From positions 117,554,001 through 117,618,000 of the forward strand of contig NC_045696.1 of assembly GCF_009834535.1 (NCBI RefSeq): a stretch of 64,000 bases of DNA, written 5' to 3'. Origin of the DNA: Camelus ferus. Taxonomy: Eukaryota. The translations under genes were made by a program, and so were the position numbers. The notes under the pieces were generated by a model that ran no database searches, was not told the origin of the DNA, and saw only the letters and a list, made by a program, of their open reading frames with translations. Shown here piece after piece: positions 39,186 through 51,082 of this stretch (position 1 is its first letter; every line of letters starts with the position of its first letter).

Positions 39186-41767
39186 GTGCTTTAGTTTTGC
39201 GTTAAACTTCTTTGCTTCAACAAATTTCAAGCTTTATTGTGGTATGTAATCATTGCCCAGATGTGCTGCAGTGTTTCTGGCAGTTGCTTTTCTTCCTGAC
39301 AAACAACCCCTCTCCACTGCTTTGTGACCGTGGGCGTGGCAGTACGACATCAGACACTGCCCTTGGCTGGTACTCCCCCAAAACAATCTGGGACTAGGAT
39401 GCAGGTCTCTGGTAACCTACAGCTGTTTCTCCCTTCAGTTAAACCAGGAGAGATTAGCAGTAACACTCGCATCACTAAGAAGATTTGGTTGGTACGTCTT
39501 GGCTAAAGGTTGATTGGGAATGGTTGCTGTTGGACCTCACTTAAATTAAAGTCCCCTGAGCTTCGCAAGAGGACCACACAGCAAGCTTGGTGCCCTCCCA
39601 TTGGCCCCTGGGCATGGACAGTGTGAATACTACTGTTCTGCTGAAGTACAATGGCTAAGTCTAGAAACGAGCTGAACAGTTTTCAACTGTTTCAAAGGGA
39701 CTCCCGCTCAAGGTTGAAGTTTTCTGGGAGGAAAAACCCTGCTCAACTGTGTTGGGAGAAAGAATTAGAGAAAACCGGGATGGTTCTGGCTCCAGTAAAT
39801 AACAGACTGGTTTTAGAACTTCACTTCCACGTGTAATTTTGTGGTTAGTTGCCTATGTCTGTGATGATAAATCATATAGTTGCACCGGATTTCTGGCACC
39901 CCCGTAAATCTCAGGCAAATGCCCAAATGCTAATTTATCATGGTTCCTCGAACAGCATGCTTTTTTACTCACCAAATCAATGATCTAATAGCTTGCTCCA
40001 CACCCGCTCCACCCCCGTGCCCTCCACCTTTTTTTGTTTGAAACTAGTCACTTGCCTGCACACACATTTCCTAAATTTGGGGTGAGTGCTGGTTCATAGA
40101 AAAGCCTCAATTTTTCTGAGTGACCCCAGGACGGGGTTACAAACTTCACTTGAGGCTGTCCAAGCAGGTATATTCAATTTCCTGCCTCCAAAACACTACC
40201 TAATATCCAATGGATGCCAAACCCGGCTATACCCTGGAATCACCACGGGAGCTCTAAACCGCCGCCTGCCTGGTTCCGACCCTGGGCCATTCTAGCTTAA
40301 CTGCAGTGAGTACGGCCTGGACGTCTGGGTTGTTGAAGTAGTTCCTCAGGTCACGTCAACGTGCAGCCGCCCAACTGACTTCCGATCCCGCACCTGGCTT
40401 TACTTCTAAGTTTGTGAGAATCTGGCTAAGATTCTTAATAAGCACTCATACAGACAGCGATGGCAGGCACTGGGAGAGACTCCAGGGACACAGACCTAAG
40501 TCCACCCTTAGGATCTGGACAGACTCACAGTTGGGAGGGGCAGATGTGTGCATATGAAGTGCCTGCCCCGCTGCAGGACGGCGGTGGGATGGGGCATTGG
40601 GGAGGAAGTAACTAATCGCTGGAGAAGGCTTTGGACAGAAGAGGTGCAATCAAGCTGCAAGTTAAAGGGTGTGGCAGGAGGGAGGTCCCCAGGTGAGAAG
40701 ACGGAGGGAGGGCACTCTAGAAGCAATGGGGGAAAAAATAAGGCAACCTGAATCGCTTCAGTACTTTGATGGTGATAACTACGTGGAGGACTTAGTAGAA
40801 ACTGCAGGACCCCTGCCCTCTCCCTACTCAGTTTTGGATCTGGATCTAGAGAGAGCTACCGATTTTTGATGGAATTATTACCATTGTGTTTTGTCAAGGT
40901 TACGACCCACGCTGACATGTATAGAATGAAAAGTAGCTTTTAAAAAAAAAATTGTCCAGTAAGTCTTTGCTTAAAAAAAGGTAATATTTCTGGGTAAAAG
41001 GCCCACATAGCACGTGTCGGGTTCTCGAAGCCAACTATAATGGCTATGCACGCCCCACAGTCAGCTCTCTTCACATTCGCCTAAACATTGGCCTTTCTTT
41101 GCTTCACTTTAATAATGACCTTTGTCTATTTGAAACCAGAGTCCAAGTGTAATACAACTTGTGATCCCTATGTGTCTGGCTATAACTGAAACCCCACTTA
41201 TTAGGGAAAAAAGCAGCAAACCCCTTAAGCCCCGTATTTAGAGTTCGTCATTATTTCTCCTTTCTCTCTCCTGAAACGTAGTCGAGGCTTTTGCTGTTAT
41301 TTTCTGCAGGACACCATTATTTGTTTGGTATTTGGATGCCCTCCCAGTTTGAGTAGGGATCTACATTAAAGCTTCCCAAAAAAGCCATTTCTAATGGCAA
41401 CCTATGCGTATTTAATGTGGGGATGAGAGTCAGGGTGGGGAATGAGTCTGTGGTTTTTAGCTTCACCTGCGAGCTAGCTCAGTGTTCATGGAAAGCAGCC
41501 TTTGGGGTAAACGCATATTATTCCAAATGCACTGTAGGACCCTTTCACACACAGACATGTCTAGCAAGTTGTCTTCAGTTTGCGTGCGGTGGCACCAAAG
41601 CCTCGTGCCACGCAGCTTGATTGACAGACCTATTGGCTTATTCTAAAATGGAAAATGACTTCAATTTGGACATCATTAGAATGTCTGAAAGCCATTCAGC
41701 ACCTCTAAGACTCTTCCTCGCTAGGTCCAGGATTTACTGAGTCGTCTTTTAGAGAAGTTCTCTTGAT

Positions 41768-41920
41768 AAGTGCTGTCCTATAGAACTTTCTGTGGTGGTG
41801 GAAGTGTTCTGTCATCTACACCGTCCCGTAGGAGAGCCACAAGCCCCAGGGGGCTCCTGAACACTTGAAATGTGACAAATTTTATTGAATTCCAGTTAAT
41901 TCCGATTTAAATGATACAGC
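41768..41920. mobile_element. MER3-like hAT remnant
   Basis: GTGCTGTCCTATAGAACTTTCTGTGGTGGTGGAAGTGTTCT...CACTTGAAATGTG motif. Confidence 0.55.
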
Positions 41921-44900
41921 CACTTGCCCCACCGTTAACCTCATCTCACTTCTGAAACCTCTGAAAGGAGTTGCCTTTGCAGTTAGCCGTGGAAGTGGGT
42001 TGCATGGGAGACTGTGAGCTTTGTGCTCTCACTTTGCAAGGATGCTGTATGAATTCCTGGGAATATGGCAGTGAGCAAGGCGCAGCCTCTGCTCTTACGT
42101 GGATTACAGTCTAGCATGGGAGATATTTTATGAAGCCAGCAGTCATCCAAATTGTTCACTGACGATGACTGTGACAGAGAAGAAGGGACAGAGGCTATGG
42201 GACCATACCTTTGCATAAGATTACTCAGAGAATTTAATCGGAGCTCTGTTGATTCACTAAAGGGGGAAAGCACGAAGCAGCTTCCCCTCCTCGAGTTCAA
42301 GGCTAGGCCAGGCTGGCTGCGGGACCCAGGGCCGGCAGAGCAGGGCAGCTACCCTGGGCCAAGCCCCCGTGACCTCCAGAGAGGTGGGGGTCTGTCTGAT
42401 TCTGCTGCACGCGTGCACACACACACTGCAAACTTCTGAACCTGATCATACAGATCCTCTGTGAAGCGAGGCAGTTGTGATGATGTCAGTCACAGATAAG
42501 ACGTGAGAAGAAGGGTGCAAATGTTTACAGGATATTGCATTTCCTCCCCAATATATGTTTTGACAAAGTCGTTTGGGCTCCAGCCCCAGTTTTCTTCCCC
42601 CTCTCTGCTCTGACAAATTTGTATTTGGTCCATTCAAGAAACGCTTGTGGGAATCAGTCCTGACATCCCAGACAGACAAAATGAGACACATGACAGTAGA
42701 ACATATGGCTCAAATAGACATCCTTATATGGCCAACACAGACCGGATTCCCAGAAATTCATATATGGAAAACGCCACCTGCAGCTACAGCCAAAAAAACA
42801 AAGAGTTGACACGACAAAAAGAGCAATATGCTACGTAAAATGTGCTGCTTTAAGAGGGTAGAGAGGTAGCCAACAGTATTTGAATTTAAAAAGATGGAAC
42901 AAAAAAAAAAATGTCCTTAGAAAGTGCTCTGGTGGTAAGCATAGCTTTGCTCACACAGTCACTGGCGGATCTGCCACATCTTAAAAGCGTTCAAATTCTA
43001 AATGCTTTCTCTGTTTATTACCAACGTATGTGCTATTCAGAACACTGAATGTGTTTTAATGCTGTCGGATATCTGCCTGCATACTTATCTTAATACGGTG
43101 CCATCTGAAACATGCAGTAGTCCTTTTATTATTATGTCCCCCCCTAAAATCTTGTGTATGTGTTATAGTATTTTCTCTTTGCTACCTTTGTGTAGCCAGT
43201 CTGAATGCCTTGTCCTGTGACTAAAAAATTGATGCACTCTTGTTTTCACTGTACATCCACATGTTAAATAGTTCATGTAAGTGACTTGCAATATTTCACT
43301 TTCTGGAGGTTTTCTATTTTTGATAGCTAGATTTCTAATTTTTTTAAACTTTTTTCCCAATACTTGCGTGCATCTTTATTGCCAGATATAAGATGCCTGT
43401 GTAGAATACATGGATGTTTTTCCGCCTCCAACGTGATAGTTTATTTTCACGTATGTCTAGAAGGGTGGTATTTTCCTAATTACCTTTCTTTTCTTCTTCT
43501 TTGTTTTAACCTGGATTCATACTGGCCAGTGCTCAGTGGTATTCTAAAGGGGTAAATAATATATAGGAAGTTGATCAGTGTACTGTAGCACTTGGAGGGC
43601 ATAAACCTCTGTGCCAATTTCCTTATGTCATTTCTTACAGAGTTCTGAAATAAAGAATGTGCTTGAGGAAAATGAGTATCTATATGTGATTAATAGATTT
43701 ATAATTGTACTATATCATTATTTTATAATAAAGCCATTATTTGATGCCTGTATCCTCATTTATTCTGTTTATCATTTTCCAAGGCCATATCCATCCTTAT
43801 TACATCCTTTTACTTTTTTTATGTTTGACAATTAGTTTGTAATTCCTCGGTGAAAAGTGCTCTTCAAATTTAAAGATTAATATTTTATATTGTTATATTA
43901 GCATTGGCCAGGTCATTCGGAGGCTGAGGTAATCAGGAAGTTTTTTTTGTCTTAATTTTTTGTGTGAATAATGGGATAAACATCATTTACAATATTTTCT
44001 TCCAGTGTCTCTTAATCTTGATATTTCCAGTAACCATTTTTCAGTCTTTGCTCTCTGCTCAAATTTCATTTTGCCCAACAACTTTCTTCTCTTTCTTTTC
44101 TTTTTTTTTTTTTCTTTATAAAAAAACATTCAACTTGAGTTGAATTTGCATAGGTACATGATTTTTTGGTAGTCCACTTTAATTTTTCTCTACTTTTAAA
44201 TTTTGCTATTGTTTGTAAATGTGTACAGTGTGATACTAGAATGCATTGTCCCTACTGAAAATCAGGCAGGTTTCAGAGAAACGAGTGAGGCATCACCAGG
44301 CTGAAGCGACTGAAATATTCACCTTGGAAAGTCCCAACTTAACCTATCTTATTGCCAAAATCATTGTCATGATAAAGGTAACTGATTGCTATCCATGTTT
44401 TTTAAATATCAGATATCTTCAAAAAATAAGTGTAAGTCGTTCCATCCACAGTACCAACTCTTGACGCCACTGCTACATTTTGCCATGTTTACTTATTTCC
44501 TTATTGAGTATATTTCTTATATTTTAATTAAAATATCCTCCTCCGTGCTTCTTCACATTTCAACTTTTAAAAATATGGTTATCACTTGGACTTTTTTTTT
44601 TAGTAATGATTGCCTTATATTTATTTTCTTGTTTTCGATGCTGTGTTTTGTGTTTTATCACATCCGTCCTTTTGCTCTAGGCTTGGGTTTGTATGTGCCA
44701 AGATTTCACTGTTGCCTTCCTGGATTTTTGACTAACCTTTATGGTTTGTGGGTGAAACGTGGGTGCCATTACAGTGTTCTGTTTTCACTGTGTTTCTCCT
44801 GAACGTGTCCTCCCCAGGAGGTCATTATTTCCGGTACTTTATCTTCTGCTTTACCTTTTTCTGGTCTTAGATTTCTAATGCACAGTGTCTAAGAGTGAGT

Positions 44901-45579
44901 GGGTAGCTTTAAAGAGCGTAATTTGCACATTTCCCTCTTATCTCAGTACTTGCACTAACTTGTTGCTTTTTTATGTGTAACAAAATGCTTATCTGGATTT
45001 TTCTCTTTTCCCTCCTAGTGTATTCTGAAAAATAATTCTTACAACATTTTTGTTTTTGTTTCACGATTAACTTGCCTTCGGGGTTCTAAAATGTTCCTAC
45101 TGAAACCTAAGCGATAAACCCCGCATCTCTATTTTGAGCCAGACGGCAAGGTTCTTCATTTTTGTAGGAAGTATGTTTAATAAATTATTTAAATAGGACG
45201 AGCATACTTGTGTGCCAATGACCATTTACCTACCAGGGTAATTTCTTTAGCTTACGTAAGTATGTACTGCGGGTGTACTTACCCACCCCAACTTTCCTCT
45301 CTCTCACCCGGTGTAAATTAAGAATGGTGGCATCTTTCCCTTTGTCAGGTTTTTTTCAAGTGACCCAAATTTTGTCTCACTCGGCCACTGTGGGCCATGT
45401 CTTTCTTCCTCCAACGTGTTCTCCGGCTCACAAGTGAGGGAGTTTTGAATCTCCATCTGACTCGTACAGAAAGGCTTACTCATCTTTTTTGAACGTTGGT
45501 TCCTAACAGTTTAGTATTCTTACTCCTTTGAGGAGCAATCTTTGCTAGAGCGTTTCAGGGATCCTGGCCTTTATTCCTC

Positions 45580-47480
45580 TGCAAACGCTCGTGCACCCTC
45601 CGCGCTCCTCCCCAGAGCTGGCCCTCCCGATGGGTCCCCTCCGGCCACTTTCTGAAGTCCCCCTACCCCGGCCCTCGGCGCCTGTCACCTGCCCGCCCGG
45701 GACCTTCTCCTGCGGGCCGGTGCGCCCTCCCTGCTTCGCCTGTCCCTCGGGTGCCCGCCCCCGACGCTCCCGACGGATTCCTTTCGGTGGCTTTTGTGGC
45801 GCGTGGGTGGCTGGTTAGTTTCCCCCGGCCCTCGCCCCCTCCTCCCCATCACTTTCCTCCCCCGCCTCTCCCCGCCCCGCCGGCCCTGCCCCTCCTCCCG
45901 GCCCGCGCCCCCGCGCACACCTGCCCCCGCCGCCCGCGCGCCGCGCCGCCCTCCCTGCCGCGCCCGGCGGCCGCGGCCCGGGCCGCCCCCGCCTCCTCCC
46001 CGCGCGCCCTCCCCGCGCGCCCGGCGGCCGGCGCTGGACCGCGCGCGGCGCCCTGTTATTCTGGGTATTGTGTGTAATGAACGTCGGGCCGCCTCACTCT
46101 AATCAAGCTCATTACAAATTCTTGCGCGCCCGGGGCCGGAAACCGTGCGCTCCCCCTCCCCGCTCTCATTCACTAGTTACTTGTCTCGCTGCTTTTTAAC
46201 TCGCCGCCCCCGCCCCCTCCCCCAATCCCGGCCCTCCAGCCCGGGTTTTAATCCCCATCCCTTTTCCGCCTTCTCCGTGCACCCTGCCCCCCCACCCCCA
46301 CCCCGCCGCCTTCCTCCTCCTCTCCCGCCCCCTCCGCCGCCGCCGCCGCCGCCGCTGCCGCCGCCGCCACTCGCTCGCTCGCTCCCGCTCCCCGGACGCG
46401 GCGGCGGAGCCGGCCCCGCTGGGGAAGGGATCGGGGCGGCGGCGGGCGGCCCGGAGGAGGCTGCGTGCTCGGGGCTGGGGCTGCGAGCGGGGTGATTGTG
46501 TATTAAAATGAGGAGGAGGAAGAAGAGGCAGCCACAGCGGCGGCGGCGGCGGCGGCAGCAAGCAGCAGCGGCGGCAGCAGCGGCGCGGAGGGCTGCAGCC
46601 CGGGCGGACGCGCGGGGCCGAGCGGGGCGCGGCGGCGGCCACCGCGGCCGGGAGGAGTCGGCTCCGAATTTGATGGGGGCAGAGCCGGCGGCGAGGGGGA
46701 GAGCGGAGCGGCCCCGTCCGGGGACCGGCGCCCGCCCGCACGCACACACACCGCCGCGCGCGCGCCGCTCCCGGGGCCACCCGGCCACCGCCGGCCTCGT
46801 CGCCACCGCCGCAGCCGCGGCCGCCCTCTAGCCCGCCCGGGGGCCCAGGCGACTCCGGGGGGCGCCCCCACCCCCTCTTTGCTTTCGGGAAACTCCTGCT
46901 CAGTTTTGCCGGGGTTTCTGGCTTTCTTTTCCCTCAAGTCCCAGTGCCATTGTGGGGCTCGTTGTTTACCTCGGACTCCGGCTGAGTGAGAGCTCGGCGA
47001 CTTTTGGGGGGAGGGGGCGGGGAGTCGGTGGCGGCGGAGGCGGCTGGGGTGCCTTCCGATCCCCCCTCTCCTCCCCCCAGCCCTCTTTCTCTGCCTCACT
47101 CTCTCGGCTCCCCAGACGCTCGCAGCCCCGCGTCCATGGGCAGGGAGGGGGTCCTCGGGGCTGTCGTCAGCGAGGGCCGAATCAAAAGTGGCATTTTAGT
47201 GCCTTGCCTGGGCTTTTTCCGCGACCTTCTGCCCCCCACCCTCTCGGCCCCCGGTCGATGCCCTCGTTGGGGGCGCGAGGCCGTGGGAAGAAAGTTTAAG
47301 GTTTGTTAATATCAGTCGCAATCGTTGGGGAGGGGGCGGGGGCGACCGGAGGGGAGGCGAGCCGGCCTTCCCCTCCCTGCGTTCTCCGGGGTGACTGGAG
47401 AATAATATCGCAAGTGACAGCCAGAAGTAGACTTTCTGTCTTCACACCGAAGAACCCCAGCGAGCCGGAGGGAGGGAGGG
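45580..47480. promoter_or_regulatory. CpG island, SATB1 proximal promoter
   Basis: Very high GC and CpG density, multiple GC boxes (CCCCGCCCC / GGGGCGGGG) and CCG/CGG repeats, 3.3-5 kb upstream of the ATG exon. Confidence 0.9.
46334..46366. repeat. (CCG)7 CTG (CCG)3 trinucleotide repeat
   Basis: Read directly. Related tracts: (CGG)6 at 46538-46555, (GGC)7 at 26317-26337, (GGC)6 at 26872-26889. Confidence 0.9.
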
Positions 47481-48055
47481 AAGCCAGGGGACCTTTTTTT
47501 TTTTTTTTTGCCTTTCTGGAGACCTTGTCCGCAGTGATTTTTTTTTTTTTCCTTTTTAAGAATCCTCAGTCACCACCTCGCCTCCCCAGCACCACCACTG
47601 TGTACAGCTCCTAACGGGTTTTGCTTTGTTTTTACGATTTCCCCCCACAACGAATCACTTGTCAGATCAATTTTACCTTCTCCCTCCTCCCTGTTTCCCA
47701 CTCTCTCCTCCTCCCCCATCGAAAACCCCGTTCTCTGAGGTTAGACATTTTACAAACCATATATGTTATTTTTCGAACTGTGATTTTTTTTAACCCCCCT
47801 CTCCCATGGCTACTCTTCTAGACGTTTATTTCTGCCCTCCCTGCCCTTCCCCCGCTTAGGGGGGCGGGGGTAGGGGAAGAGAAAATAATACAATTTCAGG
47901 GGAAGTCGCCTTCAGGTCTGCTGCTTTTTTTTTTTTTTTTTAATTAAAAAAAAAGGACATAGACAACATCAGTCTTGAACTTCTCTTCAAGAACCCGGGC
48001 TGCAAAGGAAATCTCCTTTGTTTTTGTTATTTATATGCTGTCAAGTTTTGAAGTG
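46400..48055 (+). other. SATB1: SATB1 proximal non-coding first exon (5'UTR). 3' end well supported, 5' start approximate.
   Basis: Ends ...GTCAAGTTTTGAAGTG followed by donor GTGAGT (48056-48061). The 47.4-48.05 kb sequence matches my recollection of the human SATB1 mRNA leader joined to GTGATCTTTAG. The start is inferred from the C-rich to G-rich skew switch in the CpG island. Confidence 0.7.
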
Positions 48056-50800
48056 GTGAGTTTCAGGTCGGTTTTGCTAATTTCACTCAGTAAAACTGCA
48101 GTGTTTCTGTTTCTAGATAGTACTTTGCTTCTTTGTCTCTTTAAAAGGTCACAGTGAAAGCTTGGCCTGGATCGTGCCGGCCATATGGAATGGATAAGGG
48201 CACACGCTCTTTAAATGTGATTATGGGGTGCTGTGGGGGTGAGGGAGGCGATCCAGCAAGGAACTCGTTGAAAAGGCTCCCACACTGCGAAAAAAAAAAG
48301 GTTCTTGAAACCGGAATTTCGTGCTTTGCTTTTTCTTTTTAAAGGAAGAAATGGCTGTGTCTGATTTCACTGTTTAATTCATTAATTATCCTAGATGGAC
48401 TTAGTTGACGGACAGGGAAATGGGGTTTTAAGAAAGTAGCCTGCTTTCTGTGTGCCAACCAGACGTTACCGTAAAATGGTTTTTTTTGGTTTGTTTTTTT
48501 TTTAATTGTGACTCAAAAGAAACTCTTCAGGCTGGCATCTGTTGAGACCTTAGTTAGTTCCCGAGCTGTCAGTCCAGCAGGCCCCATGGTGGAGGTTGCT
48601 CTTCGAGTTCCAAACTGAGGTTTGGTGAACTTAAGCCTTGGGCATAGTTTAACTGAATAAATTGGGTGTTTTATGTGCATGTAATTTTGCTTTATAATGT
48701 ACAGCTTTTTACAAGATGACCGAGTGTTTAATAGCTGCTTATAGACGGGTATTCAAAGGACAATTTTGCATGACCTATATGATGTTTTGATTGTCAATAC
48801 ATTAACTAAATTATCATCTATCACTTTCGTTTACTGTACAGCTTATAATGCTGTTAAGCCTCATGACTCCTTAATATGTTTTGTAGCATTAACTTTGATG
48901 CTGTTGTCTGCTCCCCCCTTTTTCGGGGGGGCCTCTTAAATTGCCCTACGGGTTAAGTATTTTCTTTTCAAACCGTACGTTTGAAAATTCATCTTCTGCT
49001 CTAGGGTAAAGCAACCAATTTCAGAAAAAGCAGTTGTGTCTGATAATCCACGTGAAGCATTATAAAGAGTGTTTTGAATAAGTTAATAATCACCACTAAT
49101 TTTGGCTTTAGACTCCAGTTTAATAGAATGGAAAAGAGTCATCTTGATAAAAAGTGGTTAAAAGCGGCACATTTATTGTTAATGAACCTCATAACCAAAA
49201 ACAGATGGGACCTCGATCAACGGTAAACCTTTAGTCTCAGCGAGCCACCCTGGGGTACGAGGATAAATAGCCATTATTTCTCTAACTTTATAGTTCTTCA
49301 ATTGGCCTTCTTAGGTTGCTTTTAAACCTACAGATTACCATCGCTCCCCCCTCCCTGATCACCTCTTTCCTTGATTATAATGGACAAAGTAATCTATGGT
49401 TAAACAGAGGGAAAAAGTGCTTACAGAAAGGCCATGCTGATAATACAAGCTGGCTTTCAAATCTGGATCTAAATAGCTTCTTCAGTTCAGTGGAATATAT
49501 ATATTTTTAAGTACAAGATATGTTGAATTGCCAGACAGCTGGAGGAAAGTGATAATTATATTCTCTCTGGTTTTTCTAAATATGGTCCCCTCTCCCTTAA
49601 TATTGGTAAGCTCAGTACTTCAAGTACCAGCAAAGTTCATGAAATAATTCTGCTCACCTGTTCTTATCGGTGCTAGTTAAAACTGTATTTTAGAAGTGAC
49701 TTTGATAATGTACTAAATAATTCCTTTATTACAAACAGTATGAAAATTGATGTCCAATGTGTAATACAACTGAAAATAATTATCTGTTAATTTTTTCTGA
49801 AGTTAATTAAGATGTTGACTTCATTGCCTGCTGAGATTATTTTTGAACACTGGCAATTGTGTTTTACCAAAATTATCAAGATTTTTTTTTTTTTAAAGCG
49901 AGCTTAGCAGTTCAATCTAATGTGTCTGTTACAAAATAGTTTTTGCTATTTAAATTGTTAACAGTCTTCTGTTACTAATGGACACCTAAATATTAACTCT
50001 AAAATATCTGGGTTGTAATCCTTCAGTACCGGGGCTATTTGAAGAAATCCTTCACTTCTATCCATTTGCTTAGGGGTGGAGCGATCCAATCACGTTTTGA
50101 GCCAAGTCTTAACTAAATCTTTCAAACAGGTCACGCAAGTCTTGACACTTTGACAGTAGAAGACTTTTTCTACAAATTAACCTGAAAAGCCAATAGAAAG
50201 TTTAAAAAGCAGATGTTTGCTACTCTCTTTTGAGGCAGTGTATACATATATATTTTTTTTTCTGTATAAGAATTAAACTATATAAAAATACAAATATGTT
50301 CAGCTCTAACTAGTATTTTGGACTATGATTATCTTTCCATCTTTGATTAAAGTGTTGTTACTGTGTTCTGTAATAACATTTCTCATTTTTAAAAATTGGG
50401 ACTACATAAATACAATTTGCTTTTTTCTTTTTTGCTATCCTTGTCATAATTTTTGTTCCGAAAGTAAACCCATTTCCCCCACACTTAAGTTTTGTTGGTA
50501 GGTGACAGATGACCTTTTTGTTCATGTGTGTTGGTGCAGTTTCCACGAATTATTCTGTTATCTTGAATGGAAATATAATGCTGTGATCTAGAAATAGAAG
50601 AACATCTGCATTATAGTATATATCTAGTTAAGCAATCTTCCAAATACGTTATCTTTGTGGAGAGAAATACGTAGGAATAAAACATTTGCATGATATTACA
50701 TATACAGAGAGACAGAGAAAGAGAGATGCAGGGACCCCCCCCCCCAATTATAACGTGTCTCCTTCTTTTTAAATTCTGGCAGGTGATCTTTAGAGAGTAA

Positions 50801-51082
<282 letters not shown>

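Noticed and set aside
45591..47309. Overlapping ORFs in the proximal CpG island
   Set aside because: Same compositional artefact. Only the ATG-initiated 46508-46831 ORF is kept, as a uORF candidate.
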